From Hemiscyllium ocellatum (lineage: Eukaryota), in the NCBI RefSeq assembly GCF_020745735.1, contig NC_083443.1, forward strand, positions 16,171,006 through 16,235,005: a stretch of DNA of 64,000 nt. Direction: 5' to 3'. The notes beneath the pieces are model-generated. The model saw only the letters and a program-made list of their open reading frames with translations. It did not search any database and was not told the DNA's origin. A program made the translations under genes and the position numbers. Shown in pieces: positions 27,271 through 39,409 of this stretch (the first letter of the stretch is position 1; each line of letters starts with the position of its first letter).

Positions 27271-27492
27271 TTGGATGTAGGTTTCCTCACTGAGCTCAAA
27301 GGCTAGTTTTCAGATGTTTTGTCACCATATTAGGTAACTTCTTCGGTGAGCCTCCCGTGTCGCTTCATCCGGAGGCTCACTGAAGATGTTACCTCGTGTG
27401 GTGACGAAACGTCTGAAAATGAACCTTCCAGGTCAGCGAGCAAACCTACATCCAGAACCTCCACCTGAGCTACAAATCTTCTCAAAACGTGC
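27271..27492. mobile_element. Palindromic PLE mini-element (family D), intact hammerhead at 27377-27416
   Basis: TCA-CTGAAGA-T-GTTACC-tcgtgt-GGTGAC-GAAAC-GTC-TGA. 3' tail gagctacaaatctt resembles family E. Confidence 0.82.
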
Positions 27493-28115
27493 TAGTCTTT
27501 ATATTAAAATAAAAAGTATAGAGGTGATATTCCATGGAATAGAGAATGTTTGAGCTGTTCTCTTTTAAAAATAAATAGTTGCGATAACAGGTAAATTCAT
27601 ATCTATTTCATGCAGTCTTTATGTCCTGTTAATTTTTGTATCTCCTGGAATATTTTTGGCCACTTTTCACCACGACACATCTTTTAAAAGAAATGTTCAT
27701 TCCTCTCAGTTATAGTCAAGCTGTCAAAACTTCCTCGGAGTTCCATTGGGACAAGCCTCACTAAACCAATTATTTTACCTATGCCTTAGGTTTTTGACAT
27801 AAACAGATTTATGGGTTTCTTCTTTCGGATTTACTCACTCTTGAGGCAAGCTAACACCAAAAAAACAGCCCAAAGGGAAGTGGTACAAGTACCATTCAGG
27901 AGGATGGGCTGGTTTATACAGCTCATTGTGTCATTGAATGGCGGTGTAGTCCTCTCTGGAGAGTGTAATGGAACAGTGTTGTGAATGATCCAGGGACATT
28001 TTATCACCTGCCAATGGATGCTCCACCCTGGACAAATCTAATCTCTCAGGAACATCAAAAGGTATAAAACACTATGCCCAAACTGTGCTGCAGCTGCAGC
28101 TTTGAAGTTGCACTA

Positions 28116-28410
28116 GAATCAGAGTTGTACAGCATGGAACGAGATCCTTTAGCCAATCGCATCCATGCTGACTATCTGGATGGGTATATGAATAGGAAGG
28201 ATTTGGAGGGATGTGGGCCAAATGCTGGCAAATGGCACTAGATTAATTTAAGAATATCTGGTTGGCATGGTCGAGTTGGCCTGAAGGGTCTGATTCTGTG
28301 CTGTATAACCTAACTTTATGTTCAGGTATTCTGAATTAATCGAGTCCCATTATCCCTCTAATCCTTCCTACTCATGTACCCATCCAGATGCCTTTTAAAT
28401 GTTGTAATAA
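28116..28410. mobile_element. CR1 tail (-) with a CR1 tail (+, about 28175-28322) nested inside
   Basis: The minus-strand tail sequence resumes after the plus-strand copy. Confidence 0.7.
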
Positions 28411-28730
28411 AACCACCTCCACCACTTCAAACATTTGTCTGAAATTACCGTTTTAACAGGGTCTAGCTTATTTTAAGATCAGATATTTGTGCCCTTTGCA
28501 GAACAAGAGCCATTTCAGGGAAATCTAGGATTATATTATGTTTGGATTGACCAGAATGCATTTTTGTTCTGTGGCAATGTGAGCACTACATGATTTATGT
28601 TGTCACATGTACTGATATAGTGAAGAGTATTGTTTTATGTAATTTCCAAGCAAATCATATCTTGCGAAAGTACATCAGGGTAATAGAACAGAATGTAGAA
28701 TATAGTGTTACAGCTACAGAGAAGGATCAA

Positions 28731-28937
28731 TTTAAAAATCACACAATACCAGACTATAGTCCAACAGGTTTATTTGGAGGCACTGGCTTTTGGAGCGCTG
28801 CTCCTTCACCACAACAGCCTAATGAAGATGCAACACTTTGAAATCTAATACCCTCAGATAAATCTGTTGGACTATAACCTGGTGTTGTATGATTTTTAAC
28901 TTTTTCCACACCAGTCCAACGTTGGCTCCTCCAAATC
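28731..28937. mobile_element. Palindromic PLE-type mini-element (family C)
   Basis: Inverted arms ...tatagtccaacaggtttatttgg and ...aataaatctgttggactataacctgg. Near-TSD gagaa(g/a)gatc. Confidence 0.72.
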
Positions 28938-29025
28938 CGAGAAAGATCTAGAAGAAATTTGACCAGATTTGACACAAATGTGTTTGGAAGCCATCTTGTC
29001 ACAAAGCAACTTTTGCAGTGAAATG

Positions 29026-29906
29026 GAAGGAGGCCATTTGGCTGATCAAGTCCACATTGACTCTGAGGATCTGACCCAGCCACCCATCTTACCCCTGTTG
29101 CCCCACATTTACCATGGCTAACCCAGCTTGCCTGCATGTCCCTAATACTAGAACGTGTAGAGTTATAGAGATGTACAGCATGGAAACACCCCCTTCAGTC
29201 CAACTCGTCCATGCTGACCTGATATCCCAACCTAACGTAGTATCATTTGCCTGCGCTTGGCCCATATCCTTCTAAACCTTTCCTATTCATCCAGATGCCT
29301 TTTAAATGTTGTGTTTGTACCAGCCTCCACCACTCAATAGTATACCTCCTATGCTCACATCCAAATCATTTATATAAATGATGAAAGGTAGTGGATCCAA
29401 TCCTTGTGACACAGCACTGGTCACAGACCTAATGTCTGAAAAGCAATCTTCCATTTCCACCATCCTCTGTCTTCTAACTTCAAGCCATTTCTATATTCAA
29501 ATGGCTACTTCTCTCTGTATTCCATGAGATCTAACCTTGCTAACCAGTCTCCAATGAGGAACCTTGTCGAACGCCTTACTGAAGTCCATATAGATCACGT
29601 CCACCGCTCTGCCCTCCTCATTTCGCTTTGTTACTTCTTCAAAAAACTCTATATGTGATTTTCCACATATAAAGCCATGCTGACTATCCCCCATCAGTCC
29701 TTGCCTTTTTAAATACATGTACACCCTGTCCCTCAAGATTCCCTCCAATAACTTTTCCACCATCAGGCTCACCGGTCTGCAGTTCCCTGGCTTTTGCTTA
29801 CTACCCTTCTTAAATAGTGGCACCACGTTAGCTCTGCACACACTCGTTCAAAGCTGGAATTGAACCCTGGCACTGAAAGGCAGCAGTGCCACCCACTGAG
29901 CCACTG
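29026..29906 (-). mobile_element. HE1-like SINE split by an internally deleted CR1 (about 29157-29832, -)
   Basis: SINE tail at 29026-29148 and head at 29833-29906. CR1 RT ORF 29497..29841 contains VDVIYMDFSKAFDKVPH. Confidence 0.75.
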
Positions 29907-29961
29907 TTTATCCATGGTTTCCGTTTGGGGAGTGACATGCACTCTGTCATCTGATCACGAA

Positions 29962-30300
29962 TCCAGGGTAAATAGGCAAAGTCTTTTCCCTGAGGTCAGG
30001 GAGCCCAGAACTAGAGGGCATAGGTTTAGGGTGAGAGGGGAAAGATATAAAAGAGACCTATGGGGCAACTTTTTCACACAGAGGGTGATACGTATATGGA
30101 ATGAGCTGCCAGAGGAAGTGGTGGAGGCAGGTACAATTGCAACATTTAAGAGGCATCTGGATGGATAAATGAATAGGAAGGGTTTGGAGAGATATGGGCC
30201 GGGTACTGACAGGTGGGAATAGATTGAGTTGGGATATCTGGTCGGCATGGACCGGTTGGACCGAAGGGTCTGTTTCCATGCTGTACATCTCTATGACTAT
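29962..30300 (+). mobile_element. CR1 3' end
   Basis: RVNRQSLFPEVREPRTRGHRFRVRGERYKRDLWGNFFTQRV. Confidence 0.88.
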
Positions 30301-30349
30301 TCAAAACGGCTAGCATTAGCTCCCTCATAGATTCCTGTTCACTCCTCTG

Positions 30350-30800
30350 CAGCGAATGCCATCCCTTCTAATACTTTAATATTACACCACACACTGCATC
30401 CAAAAGGCTAAGAGTGTTGTTAAAGACCCACACACTCCTCACTCAAACTCTTCTCCCTCCTGCCATCTGGCTGAAGATACCGGAGCATTCGGTCTCTCTC
30501 AGCCAGACTGTGCGACAGTTTCTTCCCCCAGGCTGTCGGGCTCCTGAACACAGCATGATCGGACTCTCTCCCATCTGAAATTCTTTGCACAACTTTGAAT
30601 TGCTGCTAGAAAAGTGTCAATTATTTATCATTCTTTGATTACACTGTAACTTGAGCTTCTTATGCACTTTATGCCATGTACGATTGTGTAATTGATGCTG
30701 TCCATGTAGCACCCATGGTCCTGAAGGAACGCCATCTCGTTTTGTTTTACTGTATCAGTTGTATATAGTAGAAATGAGAAATGAAAAGCTACTGTACTCA
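30350..30800 (+). mobile_element. Rex1/Babar-type LINE 3' end
   Basis: Peptide KLFSLLPSG.RYRSIRS...RLCDSFFPQAVGLLN followed by a 3' UTR. Confidence 0.75.
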
Positions 30801-31168
30801 ATGCCACTGGGCTACCTCACTGTAGTTACTCACATCTTGCTTGCTTTGAGTTTGGCATGTGTTAACTCAAAGCAAAGGGAAGTTCCCTGAGAATATGTTC
30901 TACCACTGCAATCTCAATCTTGGTTCTTCCCCTACAATGCAGCTTTCCATCTTTCTCAAAACCAACCATGATGATGCCATGTTGTGGTTGTCTCTTATTT
31001 TCCCCAACTAGCTAGCTTGTTTTCCTGCAAGGGGTGCACATCTCTAACAGGCGCCAGGTTTCTATACAAGCCTCACCTGACTTTTATTGATAACATTCTG
31101 ATATACTTTTATTATACAATTATGAACCATTTAACCTCAGTCTACTGATGTACATACAGCTGGACAAC

Positions 31169-31292
31169 CACCTGGTGAGGGAGCAGCGCCCCAAAAGCTA
31201 GTGCGTCCAACTAAACCTGTTTGACTATAACCAGGTGTTGCGTGAATTTTAACTTTGTACACCCCAGTTCAAGACCAGCATCTCCAAATCAT
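31169..31292 (+). mobile_element. Single-arm PLE-type tail (family C)
   Basis: CAC-CTGGTGA-GGGAGCAGCGCCCC-AAAAG-CTA-GTG followed by the family C arm. Confidence 0.7.
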
Positions 31293-31607
31293 TCCTTTAT
31301 CCTCAATTTAAAACCGACCTTTCTATATTTTAATGTGGAGTGTATCAGTTGGCACCTGTCTAAACTTTACATCCTAACCTAGGCCCATTTCCCTTTTGAG
31401 CTACGTATTTGGAGGGAGTGGCCTCCATTCTTTGATCCTGAACACTGCTTCCAATTTTATTTCTGGTGCTTCAGCAGCTAGATACCTTCTACAATATCAC
31501 CAAGACACTTTTCTACAATTACTGTAATTATCTTCAAGCTTGACTTTCCTCAAATTCTTCTGTTTTAACATTTGATCTCCTTTATACACAATATATTTTA
31601 TATCCTC

Positions 31608-31892
31608 GAATCTCTACAGTGTGAAAGAAGGCCATTCAGCCTATCAAGTTCACGCTGACCCTCCAAGGAGCGTCCCACCCAGACCCACCCCCTAACCATA
31701 TCTATGTGATCCTCATTCCTCATGGTTAATCTGCCCAGCCTTTATATATTCTTGGATACTATAAGCAATACTCTGCACATCTTTGGAATGTTGGAAGAAA
31801 CTCTGCCCAGCTGGTCACCCGCGGCTGTAATCGAACTTGGGTCCCTGGCGCCATGAGGCAGCAGTGCTAACTACTCAGCCACCTTGCTGCCC
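31608..31892 (-). mobile_element. HE1-like V-SINE, diverged
   Basis: Reverse-complement head and tail. Confidence 0.75.
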
Positions 31893-32293
31893 TAAGATGG
31901 AAGTCGCATCATGTCTAAGACTTGATTTCTTGTATCTTATTCCATGGTATGCCTTTGCTTGGAAATTGCTCTGGTCTTTTTTCCAGTATATTAGATTATA
32001 GAAAACCTTTTTCTTTTGACCATGGTGCAGAGGGTGAATGTTTGTGGAAGTGGTGACGTTCAAGCAGCTACTTTGGTCTGGATGGTGTCCTGCAGCTTGT
32101 GTTGTTGGAGCTGCACTTATTCAGGCAAGTAAGGAGTATCCCATCACACTCCTGAGTTGTGCTAATGTGATGGCAGAACTACATTCATGCATCTAAGGTC
32201 CAGTGCTTTGACCTGAATGGAGTCTAGCGGGCGTTGCTGAAGCTGTTCATTATCGGTGAAATCTCTGTTTGAAGGGCACTGCCCTGTTTGAAT

Positions 32294-32421
32294 GTTAAAA
32301 ACTACATAACACCAGGTTATAGTCCAACAGGTTTAATCAGGACGATCGCCTGATGAAAGCTAGTGCTTCTAAATAAATCTGTTGGACTATAACCTGGTGT
32401 TGTGATTTTTAACTTTGTACA
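32294..32421. mobile_element. Palindromic PLE-type mini-element (family C), helix II deleted
   Basis: Inverted arms; CTGATGAAAGCTAGTG at 32350. Confidence 0.72.
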
Positions 32422-33544
32422 ATAGATGAAGGAAGTTTCTCTTTACATTTGCAAGTAACTGATGAAGATTTCCGCTCATTAATGAGAAACATCGCAATAG
32501 AATGTAATCGAGCACAGCAAACCAACCGTAGTGGTGGCAACAGGAATCGAGTACAGTACTGTCTTAGCTGGGTGTAAATTGCAGTAACTAACAAGTAGGC
32601 ATAACCTTGAATGGTCATGTTTTGTGCAGTCGCTTGGGTTTAGAGCAGCTGCTTAATGTTTTGCTCAGTTCATTAACTGCTTAAATATAAACGTCAGTCT
32701 CATTTTATTGTCCATAAGCTGTTTTAATTGCTATAACAAACCAATAGAGGTCATTCAGTAATTTGCTGAGATCTGTTTCATGATGTGGAGTTTGGAGATC
32801 TATTTTATTAAATGACTATACTAATATCCTACATAAAAGTAATTTATGTTTTCTCCTTGACATCTGTGTTATACCATGGTCAAACATTAGGAAGATGAAT
32901 AGACTGGGAAAGGACAGCAGATAAAAGGAGATTCTGGAATATAATTTCTTCTAATTTTTTTTCCCCCCAACAGTTGGAATCGCTAATATATTTGTTGTGT
33001 CTCTCTTACATCATGGAATATCTCACTAAAACAGTAAGATTTATTTGTCAATAATTTGTATTCATCTGCCTGCTGTGTTATGGGCCTGGCTTGATGACTT
33101 ATAGGTTAGTGGTTGGATCAGGTCATGGATGGAGTTAAAATTTTATAATAATTTTCATTTGACGCTTGCAAATTTAATTTAATAAAAATAATTTTGGTGT
33201 TTTTCTGGACAAGCTTAAGTTTCAATGCGTAATTATTTAAAAATTGTGATATCAAAATTAGGTATGAATAACTCTTCCATATGTGGATAAAGACGTGCAC
33301 ATGGATATTCTTAACTGGTCTTTTATTCTATATTGTAATTCATTCAGGTAGCAAACCTTGCATGTTGGATTAATACTGTTCAAATGACAGTGAGGTACTG
33401 TTCAAATGGGCTATTATTGTAAATGATGCAACTGCTGCTGAAAGCATATAATTTTGCAGTTCCCTCACAGTCACTGATGCCCAATTAAAATAGCTAACAT
33501 GAGAGTATTTTGCATTCTGGCTAGAAATTACTTTACACTATTAT

Positions 33545-34710
33545 CGAAGTCTACAAAATGGGACGACTTGCATACCAAGCAGGTGAAGCAGTATACAATA
33601 TACAGAATAAAGTGATTTCACAGCCAACTGATCAGATATAAGCTCTGCAGACCTGCTAAGTCCAGTCATGACTAGCGTTGGACAATTGAACAGCTCACTG
33701 GAGGGAGCTCTACAAATGTCTCCATCCTCGATGATAGCGGAGCCCAGTGCATAGTGTAAAAGATGAGGTTCAAACATTTGCGTTGATCGTTAGCGTGAGG
33801 TTCCTAATGTAGAGAAACAGGAGGCTGACAGAACACAGCAAGCCAGGCAGCATCAGGAGTTAGAGAAATCTACTCACAATCAATCTCAACTGCCTCCTGA
33901 AACTCCCAATGTTGTAGCCAATTTGATTTCCTTCGTGCCCTATCAAGAAATATCTGATGGCACTGGATTTTGCAAAGGCAATATAGATTCTAACCACATT
34001 CTGGAAGTAGTAAGGAGGATTTGTGCTCCAGTCCTTGATGCTAAGTCAAGCTGGCAATGTGAAAAATCTGTATGTCCTCTTCCCAAAAAAGTAGACACAT
34101 CCAACCTGGTCAGTTACTGTCCCATCAGGCTACTCTCGGTCATCAGTGAGTGATGGAATGTGTCATTGACAACGCTGTCAAGTGGCACTTGCGCACTAAT
34201 AACCTGATCACTGATGCTAGTGTTTGGGTTCCACTCGGCCCGTTTGGACTCTGACCTTATCACAGCCTTGGAGTAAACGTGGACAAGAGCAGTGAACTCT
34301 AGGAAAGTGAGTATGACTGCTTTTGACTTCAAGATAATATTTGACTAACAATGGCATTAAGGAGCCCTGGCAAAACTGGAATAATTGAAAATCAATGGAA
34401 AAACACTCTACTATTGTCAGTAATATATACCATCTACAATGGACACTGTGACAACTCACCAAGACTCCTTGAGACATCACTTTCTAAACTGGTGACCGTT
34501 GGCATTGAGAAGGACAATACATTGGAGTACCACCACCCTCAACATCCTGACTTGAAATTATATTGCCATTCCTTCACTGTTGGGTCAAAATCCTGAAACT
34601 CCCTCCCTAATTGCACTGACCATGTACCTACACAGACCACCTTGAGGGTCATAACAGATGGGCATTAAATGCTAGCCTTGCCAACATCCTGTGAGTGAAT
34701 TAATAAAAAC
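33545..34710 (+). mobile_element. Internally deleted copy of the same LINE family
   Basis: Peptides PKK.D.SNLVSYCPIRLLSVIS and W..AVNSRK...TAFDFK; same 3' tail. Confidence 0.72.
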
Positions 34711-35610
34711 TGACAAACTAAATCAAGTGAACTCTGTGGTTTTTTTTAGTTCTGTTTGTCTTGCTGGACTTTAGAAAAAGGTTTTGCGTAAAATCAATTG
34801 GATAAAAGTGAGCTTTGATCAGCTGATTGCACTGCACACCTGAAATTCCCCAGGTATATTTGAACTTTTCTTTTTGATTTATTATCCCAGTCAAAATTGT
34901 CTGACAAAAATGACATGTACAGAATGAACTGGAAAGTGTGCATTGAAGACATGAGCCAGAAAATAAGCTGAGAGGCATTAGAGGGGATTTACATCGCAAA
35001 CAGTCCCAGTCTCTCTTCAAGCATAATGGTTATCCCTGAAAAGCTTTTCAATCTGATTTATAAGAGAAAAAGGTACGTGACCTGGATCACAATCTCTCTG
35101 AGACCTGAGTTTCCCCTTTTGAAATGGAAATTGTGCAGAAGGTGTAGATGGTGGTGCAACTGCATGGTTTAATTATACGGTGATGGTTATCTACATGGGA
35201 TTGACAAAAGATCAATCTGCCTCCTGTGGGTGATCATAAAGAGGTGTAGTTCAGCCCAAAACGCAAGTGCACAGTGTGAATTCCGTTCTTGTCAAATTCG
35301 TAAGTGAAAGCTTCTGTTTCATTTGCACTTTTGACTTGGCAGTCTTGCTTTCTTTTGCGTTGCATCAGAACCCTATTAAAGGAGAATGAGTAAATTGGTT
35401 TGTGATGGAGATATTAATCAAATGGGATTCTGCAAAAAGGGAACATCTTCCCATTCAGGTTTCATCTGAGAGGATTTGTATTGCATTACCTACCCTCCTT
35501 GAATGTTCAGATTTGTCAAAAAAGGTTCTTCTTAAATCTGTACTGGCTATTTCCTATTATAGGAATGTTTCTCCATCTTCCCCATTGGTGCTGGTGTTTA
35601 TAACTCTGTA

Positions 35611-35820
35611 GAGAGTGTACTGCTGGAAAAGCACAGCAGATCAGGCAGCATCTGAGGAGCTGAAAATCGATGTTTCAGGCCAGTGCCCTTTTTCCTGAAG
35701 AAGGGCTCTGGCCCGAAACGTCTATTTTCCTGCTCCTCAGATACTGCCTGACCTGCTGTGCTTTCCCAGCAACATACATTCAACTCTGATCTCTAGCATC
35801 TGCAGACCTCCCTGTCTCCC
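35611..35820. mobile_element. Palindromic PLE mini-element (family A), intact hammerhead core at 35695-35722
   Basis: Core CTGAAGA-A-GGGC-tctg-GCCC-GAAAC-GTC. TSD tttataactctgta at 35597-35610 and 35821-35834. Confidence 0.86.
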
Positions 35821-36722
35821 TTTATAACTCTGTATGCGGGCCTGAAGTGGCACCTGAATCCTAGCAATAGGCCTCAAAGCTCTCACCAACTTTGCCTTCA
35901 GTTCTGTTTGCTTTTATTTTGTCGTGTTACGGTAAGGTGAGGAGGGATGACAGCTCTCGCTTTTTAAAAACATATCCCCTCTTGTCAGTCGGAACAGAAA
36001 AAAAGAAATTTTAAAAATTAAGCACGCAGCTATCACTTCGCTAAATGTAATGAAATTGATAAGGAAGGAGAACCAATTCCAAGGGTTTCTTCAATGAGAA
36101 AATGGTGTTTTATTGCCTGGAAAGAAATTTTAATGAATTAAACAAACACACTAACTTACGTATGAAGCATTCCCATCACACCCCCCCCCCCCACCCAACT
36201 TGTTTATATCTTTTGAATCCGAGGACAGTTGCAGCTTAGTTATTTTTCATCTTTGAGTTGAGTGTGAAACACAAGTCTACCTGCTATCCTGTTTGTTTGA
36301 ATTTGCAGATACTCTTGATGTCTTGTGGAGTTATCCAAGCTTTTATCATTGGTGCTGATTGATGGAGGTGTATGTGTGAAAGAGAGAGAAAAGAGCTTTC
36401 AGTGTCCCTACTGTTTTCAGTTCATGTCGCTTTCTCCGTTTTTCTGTTCAGAAATACTGAAATATGGTGTTTGTATATCCCCAGTCTAGCTCTGTTGTCT
36501 TTTCCAAACCGAACACACTGTGGGTAACTTTCATCTTCAACATACAAAGTTACGCAAGTGTAAGAGAAATGCGAGTTGCAGATTTCTTCACCTTTTGAGT
36601 TTTGTTGCTTTGAAGTGGTCATTTGAGTTGGCTGTTTGGCTTTTGTATATTCTGAATTGCTTCAGCTTTTCAAGTGATCACAGCAGCATTTTAGGTCAAT
36701 AGGGCTGTCTTTTAAACGAGAC

Positions 36723-37520
36723 GTGGAGATACCGGTGTTAGACTGAGGTGGACAAAGTTTTAAAAAATCAACAGCAGGTTATAATCCAACAGGTTTCTTT
36801 GGAAGCACTAGCTTTTGGAGCACTGTTCCTTTGTCAGGGGTAGCTACTGGGGCAGGATCGCAGGACACAGAATCTATAGTGTAATATGATCCTGTCCCAC
36901 TAGCTACTTGAGGAAGGAGAACACTCGGAAAGCTTGTACTTCCAAATAAACCTCTTGGACTAACCTGCAGTTTTGGTCTCCAAATTTGAGGAAGGATGTT
37001 CTGGCTGTTGAGGGAGTGCAGCGTAGGTTCACGAGGCCAATTCCTGGAATGGCGGGACTATCATATGTTGAAAGATGGGAGCGACTGGGCTTGTATACAC
37101 TTGAATTTAGAAGGATGAGAGGGGATCTGATTGAGACGTATAAAATTGTTAATGGACACTCTGGAGGCAGGAAGCATGTTTCCGCTGATAGGTGAGTCCA
37201 GAACCAGTGGACATGGTTTAAAAATAAGGGGCAGGCCATTTAGAACAGAGTTGAGGAGAAACCTCTTCACCCAAAGAGTAGTGGATGTATGTAACACTCT
37301 GCCCAAAAGGCAGTAGAGGCCAGGTCTCTGGATACTTTCAAGAAACAGATGGATAGAGCTCTTAGAGATTGTGGAATCAAGGGTTATGGGGGTACGGCAG
37401 GAACAGGATATTGCTTGTGGATGATCAGCCATAATCATAATGAATAATAGTGCTGGCTTGAAGGGCCGAATGGCGTACTCCTGCACCTATAGTCTATTGT
37501 TGTGATTTTTTCATAACTTT
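36723..37520. mobile_element. Family C palindrome with a CR1 fragment (about 36967-37496, +) inserted in its right arm
   Basis: Right arm ggactaacctg|...|tgttgtgatttttt is split by CR1 sequence encoding RKDVLAVEGVQRRFTR...RRMRGDLIETYKI. Confidence 0.75.
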
Positions 37521-38032
37521 TAAACAAAAACAAGAACTTTGGATGCTGAAAATCCGAACCAAAAGCAGAAATTACTGGAAAAACTCAGGAAGGCATGTAG
37601 CATCCATGGAGAGAAACCAGAACCAACATTTCGGATTCAGTGATCTTGTTTTTGCGGAAGAATCATCACCGATTTCAGCTGGGCCTGCTGAGCTTTTCCA
37701 GCAATTTCTTTCTGTTATAGACTGTAACGGTTGGTTTGTCCTCTCTGAGCCTTCACTACCTGGAAAGGGATAAAGGTCTCTTAGTTGCACCAACGCGATT
37801 TATACAAAAGTAGCCAGCCAGGTTGCACACTCTTGGCATTCTATGATTGAGTTATTTCATTAATTGGCTGTAAAATGTGAGTGTTTCTCTCCTGAGATCC
37901 ATGTAGCCTCAGGTTTTGAAGCAGTTGGAAGTGCACCTGGTGATGTGAGGATCATGCATTGTTTTAATTCCAAAAAATGCTTTTAGGCATGAGACCATTC
38001 CTTTTAAGTTATGTCGGTACCTACAAGTATTT

Positions 38033-38146
38033 CTGATGAAGGGCTTTTGCCTGAAATGCCCATTTTACTTCTCCTCGAACTGCTGTGCTTTTTCAGCACC
38101 ACTCTAATCTAGACTCTGGTTTCCAGCATCTGCAGTCATTGTTTTT
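38033..38146 (+). mobile_element. Single-arm PLE tail (family A) starting at the hammerhead core
   Basis: Starts CTGATGAAGGGCTTTTGCCTGAAAT. 16-bp TSD tacctacaagtatttc at 38018-38033 and 38147-38162. Confidence 0.8.
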
Positions 38147-38269
38147 TACCTACAAGTATTTCAAAGCAAGGAGCATGCAAGTTTTGTGGGAGTTGTAGAG
38201 TTGCCTCGATTTTCAGTTGCTTTATCAAAACTCTGGATCAAAGTTTAAAAATATAGAGACACTCCTTTT

Positions 38270-39265
38270 AAAACATTTTTTTTCTCTGAGGGCTGAGAAA
38301 CTTGCTCAAAAAATAGTGGATACAGAATCTTACAATGATTTTAAGACTGAGATAAGTGGATTTTTGATGACCAAGGGGTTGAAAGATTTATCAGGCTTTT
38401 GCAGGATTGTCGAGTTGAGGTTTGAATCGAATCAGGTCTTGCGCTTTGGACAAAAGAACACAGGCAAGGACTCATTTATAAAAGGTGAGAAAATTCATAA
38501 AGCCGAAGTACAAAGGGATCTGGGAGTGCTAGTCCAGGATTCTCTAAAGGTTGACTTGCAGGTTGAGTCCATGGTTAAGAAAGCAAGTGTAATATTGTCA
38601 TTTATCTCAAGAGGGTTGGAATGTAAAAACAGTGATGTGTTTCTGAAACTTTATAAAGCTCTGGTTAGGCCCCATTTAGAATACTATGTCCAGTTTTGGG
38701 TCCCACACCTCAGGAAGGACATACCGGCACTGGAGCGTGTCCAATGGAGATTCACACTGATGATCCCTGGACTGGTAGGCCTAACATATGATGAATGGCT
38801 GAGGATCCTGGGATTGTATTCATTAGAGTTTAGAAGGTTGAGGGGAGATCTAACCGAAGCTTACAAGAGAATGCTTGGCTTAGAAAGGGTGGACACCTGG
38901 GAAATTGTTTCAGTCAGGCAAGGATACTATGACCTGTGGGCACAGGCTTAGAATTAGAGGAGGTCAATTTAGAACAGCAATGAGGAGACATTTCTTCAGC
39001 CAGAGAGGAGTAGCCTGTGGAATGCACTGCCAAGGAGCGCAGTGGTGGCTGAGACATTGGGTGTCTTCAAGAGATTGATAAATCCTTAATCTCACAAGGA
39101 ATTAAGGGTTAAGGGAAAAGTGCGGGTAAGTGGTCCTGAAATGCCCATTAGCCATGATTGAATGGTGGAGTGGACTTGATGGGCCGAATGGTTATTCTTC
39201 CATTCCTATTTCTTATGGGCTTATTGGTGTGATCTTATTGAATGGCCTACTCCTGTTCATTGTAT
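38270..39265 (+). mobile_element. CR1 fragments (nested subfamilies)
   Basis: ORF 38217..38951: QRDLGVLV...LYKALVRPHLEY...RRLRGDL. Confidence 0.85.
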
Positions 39266-39409
39266 ATGTCAGCAGCTGACTAACCTCTGTATGCTTATAT
39301 AGTTTATTCAGTTTTTTAAAAATGTAAATTAATCAGATCACTTTATTCATAGTGAAGATCATTCATCATTATTCAGCTTGTTTGTAAAATCGATGTTGCT
39401 TCATGTGGA

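Noticed and set aside
15083-35820. Palindromic elements as DNA-transposon MITEs or miRNA precursors
   Set aside because: Variable 9-17 bp TSDs, asymmetric arms and continuity with GIY-YIG ORF ends in longer copies point to PLE retroposition; there is no small-RNA evidence.
38217-38951. Longest ORF (244 aa) as a cellular gene
   Set aside because: It is the C-terminal part of CR1 ORF2, fused by chance to an older CR1 tail.
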